Shown here: positions 8,240 through 16,775 of the stretch, piece by piece
How positions within the stretch are numbered: position 1 is the first letter of the stretch
How the letters are laid out: every line of letters begins with the position of its first letter
From: Acidobacteriaceae bacterium
Lineage (GTDB): Bacteria; Acidobacteriota; Terriglobia; Terriglobales; Acidobacteriaceae
Direction: 5' to 3'
Assembly (NCBI GenBank): GCA_003168235.1
Contig: PMSZ01000129.1
Span: 2,917-27,454, forward strand
DNA length: 24,538 nucleotides
The notes under the pieces: generated by a model
What the model saw: the letters and a program-made list of their open reading frames with translations, nothing else
Database searches by the model: none
What the model was told of the DNA's origin: nothing
Position numbers and translations under genes: made by a program

Positions 8240-8259
8240 GCGTGGCCTGTCCCCGTGTC

Positions 8260-9597
8260 TTAAGGAAGTAAATTGCAGGCCTGCATCGCCTGGTACGTAT
8301 CCAGTCGTCCAAAGCCGAGGTTGATGTCCCCAATGTAGTGGGCATTGGCCAGGCCGACCGGAACGGTCCAGTTCGGACAGTTGCTGTTTGCGCCCAACAT
8401 CAAGGCTGCAGCACCAGCGACAAACGGAGTACTGAACGATGTTCCCCACCCGGCGGCATACGTGCCCCACGGATAAGTGGTGACGACGCCTTCTCCCGGC
8501 GCAGCCATAAACACCGGCGGCACACCATAGTTCGTGAAGGTCGACTGCGAGTCTTCGTTAGAAGTGGAGGCGACGTCGATCACGCCCGGCAGGCCGCCAG
8601 GATAGACCATGGTGTATTCTCCGCTATTACCCGCTGACGCGACCGAGATCACACCCTTGCTGTTCGCATATTTGATGGCCTGCGCGAGATCGCTCGAGTA
8701 GCTGGAGTAATTCCAGCTCATATTCATGACTTGAGCTCCATTGGCTACCGCGTAATAAATTGCGCGAAGAATATCGGAATCGTAGGCCGACCCGTTCGCG
8801 CTAAATGCCTTCAACGGCATGATCTTTGCCTGCGGCGCTACCAGGTGGATGATGCCGGCGGTCATGGTGCCATGGCCAAAGTCGGAGTAAGAGCCACCGT
8901 CCAGGACCGCGACGGTGCGCTGATCGAGAACGGCAACCGTGCGCTGATCCAGGACCGTGGGCGATGCCTCGGCATTGTTCTGGCTCGTGGTTGGACCTCC
9001 GCTAACGTCGGCGAGTTCGGACCCGCCGCTCACATTTCGCGTGAAATCATAGCCGTCGAAGAGCACGCCCTGCAACACCGGATGTGTTGGATCCACACCG
9101 GTATCGATATCGGCCACAATGACGCCATTGCCGGCAGCGTTGAACGCTGCTTGCGCCTGGCCGGTTCGCACCAGTTGATTTCCTGTTTGCACCAGATAGC
9201 CTTGCCAGACGGTAGTGCCATAGTAAGTCACCGGCGTTTCGTCGGTCATATATGACGGCGTGCCAGTGCTCACAGGCCCTTGCTGGCTCACCACCTGATC
9301 GACTTCTACCGACAGGACGCCGAGTTGCAGACTGATCTGCAACAGTTTGGTGACGGGATTCAGGATCGGCGGAAGCGTCACCAGGAACAGCTGGCCGTTC
9401 GGATCGCCAAGACCGCGGACCACGTTGCAACCCATCAGGAGGCAGGTTAAGTTAATGCCCGGCAAGCCAAGCGAGTCGGTCACGATGAGTCTCGTCTGTG
9501 CTTCTGCCGCGGGCGTACATGCCGAGACAACTACCAGAACCAGGCACGCCAGCCACCCCATGCCATTCCTTCGTCGCTGATCTTTCTGTTCCTTCAT
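8260..9597 (-). CDS. Secreted S8 (subtilisin-family) serine peptidase with short prodomain and internal octapeptide repeat, 445 aa
   Basis: Signal peptide ending AEA-Q. Triad motifs IVADIDTGVD, DFGHGTMTAGII, GTSFSTPFVAGAAAL. Oxyanion motif SAGN. Confidence 0.92.
   Translation of the reverse strand: MKEQKDQRRRNGMGWLACLVLVVVSACTPAAEAQTRLIVTDSLGLPGINLTCLLMGCNVVRGLGDPNGQLFLVTLPPILNPVTKLLQISLQLGVLSVEVDQVVSQQGPVSTGTPSYMTDETPVTYYGTTVWQGYLVQTGNQLVRTGQAQAAFNAAGNGVIVADIDTGVDPTHPVLQGVLFDGYDFTRNVSGGSELADVSGGPTTSQNNAEASPTVLDQRTVAVLDQRTVAVLDGGSYSDFGHGTMTAGIIHLVAPQAKIMPLKAFSANGSAYDSDILRAIYYAVANGAQVMNMSWNYSSYSSDLAQAIKYANSKGVISVASAGNSGEYTMVYPGGLPGVIDVASTSNEDSQSTFTNYGVPPVFMAAPGEGVVTTYPWGTYAAGWGTSFSTPFVAGAAALMLGANSNCPNWTVPVGLANAHYIGDINLGFGRLDTYQAMQACNLLP
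8899..8955 (-). repeat. In-frame tandem peptide repeat VLDQRTVA-VLDQRTVA-VLD inside the S8 catalytic domain
   Basis: Minus-strand codons: GTC CTG GAT CAG CGC ACG GTT GCC / GTT CTC GAT CAG CGC ACC GTC GCG / GTC CTG GAC. Confidence 0.9.
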
Positions 9598-9733
9598 AAT
9601 TTCTTACCTTTCCGAAAATGGGTCCGGTTTTGGGATGTTTCGCGAGTCTAACGTGCTGACTCTCGACCCGCCACTTACACCCGTAATCTCTTACCAGTAA
9701 CCAATTGCGGTTCCTTTCGTAAGGGGATGCATG

Positions 9734-10357
9734 TTACTTCAAGTTCGTGAGCGGGATCTGCACTCTGCGGCGCCCTACCCTCGCCGTTAGACGAAGGTGT
9801 TCCTGCGGCTCAAATTCGAGCTGAAACTCTCCAAACCCGTTGGCTGCAGCGGTCGCCACCAGCTGCCCGTCTTCGACCCAGACCACGATGGTTGCGCCCG
9901 TTACTGATTCGCGCGGAACTCGCTTATCGAGTATCTGTCCCACCGCAGAAACCCTGCGGGACGGCACAATCGGGTCGAAGCGCAAATCGACAGTCAGTCC
10001 TTCCGCTTCATAAACCACTTGCCGGGTGGTCGCAGCGCTGCTGCGAACGCCAGCCGTCAGAGGCTGCGAAAAGCTGTCAAACAGCAGACTGGCCAAGCTC
10101 CAATTCTCAGACTCAAACTTCGGCTTCGCTGCAGACTGCCGGGCTGTGAATTCGAACTTAGCCATGCGCACCAGGTTTTCGGGTGGAGCGTATGCGCTCT
10201 CTGCCAGTGCCACCGCCTGCAGATGTTCCCAGAAGTCGTAGACGGCCTTGCAATCCAGACAACCGGCGGTGAGATGGGCGTTGATACCCTGCGCTTTCCC
10301 AGGCACATCAAATCCTCGCGCAAAATCAGCCCATGCTTGCTCCGAAAAGTGCTCCAT
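9734..10357 (-). CDS. Soluble anti-sigma-factor-like protein (N-terminal zf-HC2/ZAS-like Zn motif, C-terminal beta-sandwich), 207 aa
   Basis: H-x4-C-x2-C (HLTAGCLDC) near the N-terminus, following MEHFSEQAWADF. Linker FDSFSQPLTAGVRS. C-terminal VGQILD...VVW..DGQLVATAAANGFGEFQL resembles carboxypeptidase-regulatory-like domains. No transmembrane stretch. Confidence 0.7.
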   Translation of the reverse strand: MEHFSEQAWADFARGFDVPGKAQGINAHLTAGCLDCKAVYDFWEHLQAVALAESAYAPPENLVRMAKFEFTARQSAAKPKFESENWSLASLLFDSFSQPLTAGVRSSAATTRQVVYEAEGLTVDLRFDPIVPSRRVSAVGQILDKRVPRESVTGATIVVWVEDGQLVATAAANGFGEFQLEFEPQEHLRLTARVGRRRVQIPLTNLK

Positions 10358-10464
10358 GCTTAACCTCGATTGAGAGGATTCGATAACGACCTCTCGATCT
10401 ATTGAATAAGGGACACCAGACCAGCGAAAAATATAGGTGATGAATAAAAATGTTAGGGCGCCGC

Positions 10465-13323
10465 TTATCCCTTTCCTACCAATGAGAAAGGAGCCCAGTG
10501 GTAAGGATGGGGATAGCGCTCTCGCAACTCGATCATGGCCGCTTGCATGGACGCAGCCTTCGACTGCCCGCGCTGTAGCCGTGCGTAGAACGCGATCATG
10601 AAGTCCTTCGTGCTCTCGTCGTGGACATCCCAGAGGCTGAGAACCAGCGACTGCGCTCCGGCCTGCAGCAGGCCACGCATTAATCCAATCAGCTCATCCC
10701 CAGGAGTAACAACGTTCAGTCCCGTGGCACAGCCGCTCAGGACAATCAGTTCCGCCGGCAATTGCAGGTGGTAAATGTCGTAGAGGCTTAAGTGCGAGTT
10801 CCCCAATCTAATCGAGGAGAACATTGGATTGTCTTGACGGAAATAGCCATGCGTTGCAATGTGGACAATCCGGCTCTTCCCACCGTGGTGCCGTAACACT
10901 TCCTCCGTTGCCCGCTCGCCTACAAACAGCTTGGCGTTGGGAAGCATCGCACTCAGCGCATCCACCTCGGTTTGAATCGAAGGCGTTTGCGCATCGGGAA
11001 TCCCAAGGATCAGAGGATCTCCCGTAGCGTTCGCCGGCTTGGACTGGCACAACGCGTATATGCTGGCGCTCGGAGCGTACGAAACCGAAAAACTATCAAT
11101 CAGGTACGACTCCCCGTCGTGCAGAGCGTGAAATGGAACGTAGTGGAGCGGCCCGTGCTGTACAAAGACCAGATGTTTCGTGTTGAGCTGATGACGGACC
11201 GGCGCAATCAGCTCCTGGTAGAGGTTCTTGAGATGTGCCTGGGTCGACTCCAGCAACGATTGGCTGAACGTCTCCAGATAATGCGGATCAAGACGGAATT
11301 TCGACATCTGGAATTGCAGCAATTGCAACAGCTTCTGAATGCGCGGCTGCAATGTTACCGGAATGATTCGCAATTCGTCTCGCGTCAGGATGCAAGCTAG
11401 ATATCGGTCTTGCACGCGGAAGTATTCGACCAGCGTTGCATCGGCCGGAAGTACGGAGCGAATCTGCTCGAGCGAGACGGTCGTGGCCACTTCCAGGCCA
11501 GCTTCGTGGGCCTCCGCAATTGTGGCCTCCTGCATGGCCCGCATCAGGTCGGTCTCGCGAAGACGTGCCTCTTGCTCGAGTTGTTTAATTCTTTCCTGCG
11601 ATCGCTCTTCGGGGCGCAATTGCTCCCGTTCGATCAGGTTGTAATACCAGTTCAACTCCTCGCGCAGGTTGCGGATCGAGCGCACTAGGTCACTTTGTCC
11701 CGCGTCGCTCGCCGACGGCACATGGATAGGATGACTCAGAAGATCGGCCAGAGTCCTGGACTTTGCCTGCTCGATGTAGCCAAACGCCTCTTCCACGCTG
11801 TTCTGTCGGCGGAGGCACAAATCCACCAGGTTTTCGTAAACTTCTAATTTATTCTGGAAAAATGCGAGCTTCAGCTCTTCGCCCCGCAAACTTCCGCGCA
11901 GCTGTTCTACAGCTTCCCGAGCGCGGCCATAGCACCGGTAGGCGTCTTCATCTTTCCTCGTAGCCCGCGAAATTTCACCCATCAGAAACTCGGCCTGATA
12001 TAGGAGCACGGGCGAATCCAGATTGGCCAAGTCCGAAAGCGCTTTCTGGCAGTGTGTATGCGCGGTGCCGGTGTCGCTCATGCGGAGAGCGATTCGCGCC
12101 ATCAGCAATTCTGCAAGCACGGCCTTGCCGGGCATCGCTGAGTCGCGAAAGAATTCATGGGCCGACACGCACAGCCGTCGTGCCTCAAACAAGCGTCCTT
12201 CATTGAAAAGAACCAGCGCTTCGTAAAGATCGATCAGCGAAGGCCACACCAGGTTCTTGTCTTGGACGAACATCTGCTTCGCTTGCGCGAATAGCTTGAC
12301 ACTCTCGAATGCCTGTCCCATGCGACTGGCCGCGATGGCGGCGAAGGCGAGTGCCTTCGCACCTTCATAACCAAACCCCAACTGCCGGAAGCCTTCGTTC
12401 GCTGCCCGTCCCAACTCGCCAGCCTCGGCGCTAAGATTCAGTTCAAGATAAATTTCAGAAAGGTCGAGATTGCACAGCGCTAGCTGATAAGCGTCACTTG
12501 CTTTGCCCGCGCTGTCGGAGGCATCGCGAAGCATCTGGATCGCGCGCCCGTACTCGCCTCGCAGAAAATAAAGATAGGCAATGTTGTAGTCGGCGTACGC
12601 GACCAGAATCGGCATGCCTCTTTGCTCGCAATGCTGGCGCGCGATGCGGTGGAATTCCAGGGCCTTCGGAAAATCATTGAGGCTGATATAGCAGAGAGAA
12701 AGATTACTCAGGACCGCTGCCAGTGCCTCGCCATCGTCATGTTTCAAAAGCTCATGATAGGCGCGTTCGTAAAATGCCAGTGCCTCGGCGAAACGGTCTT
12801 GCCGGTGGTAAATGTTGCCAAGATTGATTTCGAGCCGCGCCAAACGGCGCGTATTGCCCTGTTTCCGGAAGATTTCCGCCGCACGTCTTCCCGTGGCGGC
12901 GGCTTGATCGTACCGTCCAAGCAGCAACAAAGGCTGAATCGAGCCGCTCAGGCTGCGCGCCAACTCGGTGTCATCGCCGGCCTGTTCGAAGCACGCCGCA
13001 GCTCGCTCGTGATACTCAATCGATTGTGCATGCCGATCGAGCGCGTACAACGCATTCGCCTTCGCCCGGAAACTCCTTGCGAGTGAGATTTGACTGCCTG
13101 TGGCTTCAGCGACATCGATCGCCGCATCCGCAATGCGGTCGGCGCGATGCGTGTCAATCCTGACCTCCTGCCAGACGCGTTCGGTTAGCGTCGTGACCGC
13201 TTCGTCCCAGGCGATTTCAGGATTTTCTGTCATGAACTCGCGGCGCCCCTTCGCGTCTTCCAACGCGAGCAGCCGCTTGATCATGGCCTCCGACTCTGTC
13301 TGCCGCGCCGGCTGGGTGCTCAT
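10465..13323 (-). CDS. TPR-repeat + CHAT (caspase/HetF-like) cysteine protease, 952 aa
   Basis: Multiple TPR-like helices (ARLEINLGNIYHRQDRFAEALAFYERA; AAVLSNLSLCYISLNDFPKALEFH). CHAT motifs PLHYVPFHALHDG, VHIATHG (His at 10849-10851), LIVLSGCATG (Cys at 10729-10731), SLVLSLWDV, HPYHWAPF. ATG at 13323 overlaps the sigma TGA. Confidence 0.92.
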   Translation of the reverse strand: MSTQPARQTESEAMIKRLLALEDAKGRREFMTENPEIAWDEAVTTLTERVWQEVRIDTHRADRIADAAIDVAEATGSQISLARSFRAKANALYALDRHAQSIEYHERAAACFEQAGDDTELARSLSGSIQPLLLLGRYDQAAATGRRAAEIFRKQGNTRRLARLEINLGNIYHRQDRFAEALAFYERAYHELLKHDDGEALAAVLSNLSLCYISLNDFPKALEFHRIARQHCEQRGMPILVAYADYNIAYLYFLRGEYGRAIQMLRDASDSAGKASDAYQLALCNLDLSEIYLELNLSAEAGELGRAANEGFRQLGFGYEGAKALAFAAIAASRMGQAFESVKLFAQAKQMFVQDKNLVWPSLIDLYEALVLFNEGRLFEARRLCVSAHEFFRDSAMPGKAVLAELLMARIALRMSDTGTAHTHCQKALSDLANLDSPVLLYQAEFLMGEISRATRKDEDAYRCYGRAREAVEQLRGSLRGEELKLAFFQNKLEVYENLVDLCLRRQNSVEEAFGYIEQAKSRTLADLLSHPIHVPSASDAGQSDLVRSIRNLREELNWYYNLIEREQLRPEERSQERIKQLEQEARLRETDLMRAMQEATIAEAHEAGLEVATTVSLEQIRSVLPADATLVEYFRVQDRYLACILTRDELRIIPVTLQPRIQKLLQLLQFQMSKFRLDPHYLETFSQSLLESTQAHLKNLYQELIAPVRHQLNTKHLVFVQHGPLHYVPFHALHDGESYLIDSFSVSYAPSASIYALCQSKPANATGDPLILGIPDAQTPSIQTEVDALSAMLPNAKLFVGERATEEVLRHHGGKSRIVHIATHGYFRQDNPMFSSIRLGNSHLSLYDIYHLQLPAELIVLSGCATGLNVVTPGDELIGLMRGLLQAGAQSLVLSLWDVHDESTKDFMIAFYARLQRGQSKAASMQAAMIELRERYPHPYHWAPFSLVGKG

Positions 13324-13934
13324 CAGAAGCCCCTCTTTTCCAGTCGTTTCTTGAGCTGGGCGAGACACCGTCCCCGGATGAATCCGATCGAGCCGATTGC
13401 AAGTCCGAGTTCCTGCGCAACCTCCTCGTAGGGGCGTGAGGGAGTCTCGAAGAAAAGCATCTGGATCATGCGCTCGCAACGCTCCGGCATCTCGGAGATC
13501 GCGTCGCGCAGCGATTGTTCTTGCTCGAGTTGCACCAACATGCTGTCCGGGAGCTCATGATCGCTGTTGTCGTGCGGCCTTTCCGCAACTTCTGGTTCGA
13601 GTTCGACAAGTCGGCCGGCGCTGCGTCGGTAATGCACGCATTTGTGATAGCAAGCCTGCATCAGCCATTTCGGCAGCGCCCGGTGTTCCCGCAAGCGCGG
13701 CAGTTCCAAAAGTAGATCCACGCATACCGCCTGAAAAATGTCGGCCGCATCCTGATACATGCCCAGCTTGATCGGGATGGAGTAGATCAGGTTCTTGTAT
13801 TTATCGATGAGTGCAGCCCAGGCCTCCGGGTCGCCGTTAAGGCAATTCTTGATCAGTTTGTCGTCCGAAAAAAGAGCTGGTGCGCGTGCCGTCGCCGCCC
13901 GCTCTTTCTGACGCTTGGCCGCAGGACCTGTCAT
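13323..13934 (-). CDS. ECF-type sigma-70 family RNA polymerase sigma factor, 203 aa
   Basis: Region 2 (LIKNCLNGDPEAWAALIDKY...DAADIFQAV...LPKWL) and region 4 (LRDAISEMPERCERMIQMLF...YEEVAQELGLAIGSIGFIRGRCLAQLKK). Confidence 0.9.
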   Translation of the reverse strand: MTGPAAKRQKERAATARAPALFSDDKLIKNCLNGDPEAWAALIDKYKNLIYSIPIKLGMYQDAADIFQAVCVDLLLELPRLREHRALPKWLMQACYHKCVHYRRSAGRLVELEPEVAERPHDNSDHELPDSMLVQLEQEQSLRDAISEMPERCERMIQMLFFETPSRPYEEVAQELGLAIGSIGFIRGRCLAQLKKRLEKRGF

Positions 13935-15718
13935 CGCGTTCCCGCATTCTCCAGGCCGCCGCGAATGTAGAGTTCATCGGCATTCCACAGCGTGTTCGGG
14001 TCCAGTACAGCAGGATGAAAATTTCCCAGGCGCCCGTCGGCTCCTGCCAGAGTGTTTGGTGTTGCCAAAAAAATAAACGGCAGATTTTCAGAAATGATTT
14101 GCTGCACGCGATCGTACGTCCGTTTGCGCTGGTTGTAATCGAGCTCGACCATTTGCCGTTGCATCAGCTGGTCGATCTCGCGTTCCCAGTCGGTGGCCGG
14201 TTGTTTCTCGCCGAGGTTCCACAGGTGGGAAGTGCCGCTCGACATCCAGACATTCATCTCCGGATTCGGGTCGGCATCGCCGCCTCCCAACCCCATGATG
14301 GCCGCGTCATAGTCGAAGCTCTGAAAAACGCGGTCGATGAGCGCGCGAAACTCCAGCGGAACGACATGCACCTGCATTCCCAGATGCGACAGGTCATCTT
14401 GCAGCAGCGTTGCCATCTTCATCCGCTGGGCATTCGACGAACTGGTGACGATGGTGAAATCGACGGTCTCCCCGGAGCCATCCACAAGCTCCCCATTTGT
14501 CTTCCAGGAAAATCCGGCGGATTTCAGCAATTGGCGCGCCGTTTCGAGCGAGCGCTGCGGATGCGAGATTGCTTGATTGATCCAGAGCTTGTTCCCCGGT
14601 CCAACGTTTCCCCACAGGGGCGTGCCGCGCGTTCCGTAGACCAGACGGACGATTCCGTCGCGGTCGATGGCAGCATTGACCGCTTGCCGAAATTTGAGAT
14701 CGCGAAACCAAACCTGTTTGCGTGCAATCGCGTCCAGCTTCTTGCCAGTCAAATCGTTTTGGTTGAAGACCACAAAGTTGTATTCCAGGCTGGGGCCAAG
14801 ATCCGCCAATTGCGAACTGACACGCGTCCCTTCGTGGGCGAGCAGATTGAAGTTCTCCGAACTGAGCCGGCTGATAATATCCGTTTCGCCGGCTTCAAAA
14901 CGTAGGACCTGCGCGTTTTCCGTGCCGACGAAGAGAAACACCATTTCATCCAGATAAGGCAGCCGGTGGTTGTCGCGATCGACCTTCCAGTAGTAAGGAT
15001 TGCGTTCCGCCACGATGCGCTGTCCCGGCACGTACTGCTTCAAGCGAAATGGACCAAGACCTGCGATCTCGGAGGGTTGCGCGTTGAGCGACCAAGCCTG
15101 CGCAAATTTGCCTTCGCGATAAGGTTTCTCGAGCAGATGCCTCGGCAGCATGGCGAGCCCGTCGAAGATGCGTTCCGCCGCCGCATACGGCCGTGGCAGC
15201 GTGAACCGCACCGTGTACGGACCGATCTTGGCGACCGTCATCGGCTTGCCATCGATAATCAGCAGGTCGCGCTGCGGAGAATCGATGTTTTCATCCATGT
15301 AGACGGCGAAAGAAAAAATCACGTCATCGGCATCGAATGCATGACCATCTGAAAACCGGATACCCCGCCGAAGTTGCAACGTGAAAATGCGGCCATCCGC
15401 CGACGTCTTCCAGGACTTGGCCAGCGCCGGCTCGGTTTGCTGCGTGGCGCGATTGATTTCGATCAGATCGGCATTCAAGCGTCCGATCACCTCGCGCGAA
15501 ACGGCATCGGTAGCGATCACCGGATTCAGCGTCTTCGGCTCCGCGCGCTGACCGACGGTCAAGTGTCCGCCATAGCGGCCGGAAGTGTCCGCCACGCGCT
15601 GAAGTTCTTCATTCTTGCCCGGGTTTTCGGGAGCAGGATTTTCTGCGGAAGACGCACCCGCTACGCACACGCCAGCGAGCAGACACACGAGTAGGGATAG
15701 GCGAGCAATGACGTTCAT
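13931..15718 (-). CDS. ABC transporter substrate-binding protein, family 5 (OppA/DppA/NikA-like), 595 aa
   Basis: YGGHL...EPKTLNP, EPALAKSWK.S.DG..FTL.LR.GI.FSDGH.FDADDVIFS, GLGPFRLKQY.PGQRIV..RNPYYW, FRQAVN.AIDR. Signal-like N-terminus and RBS GGAGG. Confidence 0.92.
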   Translation of the reverse strand: MNVIARLSLLVCLLAGVCVAGASSAENPAPENPGKNEELQRVADTSGRYGGHLTVGQRAEPKTLNPVIATDAVSREVIGRLNADLIEINRATQQTEPALAKSWKTSADGRIFTLQLRRGIRFSDGHAFDADDVIFSFAVYMDENIDSPQRDLLIIDGKPMTVAKIGPYTVRFTLPRPYAAAERIFDGLAMLPRHLLEKPYREGKFAQAWSLNAQPSEIAGLGPFRLKQYVPGQRIVAERNPYYWKVDRDNHRLPYLDEMVFLFVGTENAQVLRFEAGETDIISRLSSENFNLLAHEGTRVSSQLADLGPSLEYNFVVFNQNDLTGKKLDAIARKQVWFRDLKFRQAVNAAIDRDGIVRLVYGTRGTPLWGNVGPGNKLWINQAISHPQRSLETARQLLKSAGFSWKTNGELVDGSGETVDFTIVTSSSNAQRMKMATLLQDDLSHLGMQVHVVPLEFRALIDRVFQSFDYDAAIMGLGGGDADPNPEMNVWMSSGTSHLWNLGEKQPATDWEREIDQLMQRQMVELDYNQRKRTYDRVQQIISENLPFIFLATPNTLAGADGRLGNFHPAVLDPNTLWNADELYIRGGLENAGTR

Positions 15719-15754
15719 GACACCCCTCCCCCACAGAACGGTGTTTTTCTGGGA

Positions 15755-16762
15755 TTATCGTGATTCTAACCGGGAATGAAGGGCATCAGCGAGCAGGTAA
15801 TAGATTACGGAGGTAACGAATAATGCAGCAGCTGGAGCCAGAAGCCAGCCATAAGAAATCAGCACGCTGTATTGTTGCAAAGCGCTCAGCATGTTTCCCC
15901 AACTCGCAGTCGGTTCGTTGACTCCCAACCCAAAAAATGACAAAGCTACTTCCGCCGCAATGTATCGCGGGACTAACATCGCCGCCTGCGTGAGCAACAC
16001 GCCGAACGTCTCCGGCGCGATGTGTCTCCGTAGTAGGTAGAAGTCGGCCCCCCCGAAACCACGCGCAGCAGAGACATAATTTCTGGTTCTTGAGCTGAGC
16101 ACCACTCCTCGTACCAGCCGCGCGGGCCGTGCCCAGCCAATGAGCCCGATGACGCAAGTCAGTAGAAAAAATGTTCGGACCGCACTCACATGCAACGGCA
16201 GAAACGCCCGCACGCCAAGCAGAAAATAGAGCCACGGCAGGGAAAGGAACAGCTCGGTCGTTCCCATTAGCGTCTCGTCAATCCATCCACCGTAATAACC
16301 GGCAACAACGCCAATCACGCTGCCAACGAAAAGAGTCACAGCGGTTGCGACAATTCCCGCTGCCACCGAAATCTGTCCGCCATACAACACGCGCGAGAAC
16401 TCATCACGGCCGAACGCGTCTGCTCCCAAGAGCAGGCATTTTCCGGGATTCTCCACTCCAAATAAATGGAGGTTGGATTCGAAGAGACCAAGAAACCTAT
16501 AGCTGTCTCCCCGGACGAACGCATGAACCGGATACGCCTGGCTGCGATCTTCCCGATACCCGTCATCCACCGGACTCCACGGGTAAACGAACGGCCGCAG
16601 GTGGAATCTAGAGCTGTCCCAGAGATGTAATCGTGTCGGCGGAGCGTAAGGCAACTCGCGATTTTGCGCGGCCGGATCGTAAGGAGCGACAAAACCCGCC
16701 AGCAGTAACAGCAGGTGCAGCCCAACTAGCAGAATGATCAGCCAAGTAATCTTGCCGCTCAT
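15755..16762 (-). CDS. ABC transporter permease (OppC/DppC-like), ~335 aa
   Basis: LLGADAFGRDEFSRVLYGGQIS, AGYYGGWID, GWARPARLVRG, EVALSFFGLG...SWGNML. Alternative start at 16786. Confidence 0.9.
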   Translation of the reverse strand: MSGKITWLIILLVGLHLLLLLAGFVAPYDPAAQNRELPYAPPTRLHLWDSSRFHLRPFVYPWSPVDDGYREDRSQAYPVHAFVRGDSYRFLGLFESNLHLFGVENPGKCLLLGADAFGRDEFSRVLYGGQISVAAGIVATAVTLFVGSVIGVVAGYYGGWIDETLMGTTELFLSLPWLYFLLGVRAFLPLHVSAVRTFFLLTCVIGLIGWARPARLVRGVVLSSRTRNYVSAARGFGGADFYLLRRHIAPETFGVLLTQAAMLVPRYIAAEVALSFFGLGVNEPTASWGNMLSALQQYSVLISYGWLLAPAAALFVTSVIYYLLADALHSRLESR

Positions 16763-16775
16763 TTTACATCGCACC

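Noticed and set aside
8240-8470. 77-aa N-terminal extension of the HD-GYP ORF
   Set aside because: It overlaps the S8 gene in another frame and looks non-protein-like. ATG 8239 is more plausible.
13324-13479. N-terminal extension of the CHAT ORF (ORF-track start 13479)
   Set aside because: It overlaps the sigma C-terminus. ATG 13323 gives a TGATG coupled start.
10465-13934. Craspase / type III CRISPR-associated CHAT-sigma system
   Set aside because: No cas genes, repeats, or SAVED/CARF domain in the window.
13880-14905. Long antisense ORFs (341 aa here; also 7157..8026, 6163..6885, 8731..9255, 3411..3968)
   Set aside because: Shadow ORFs opposite well-supported genes in GC-rich DNA, with no recognisable motifs.
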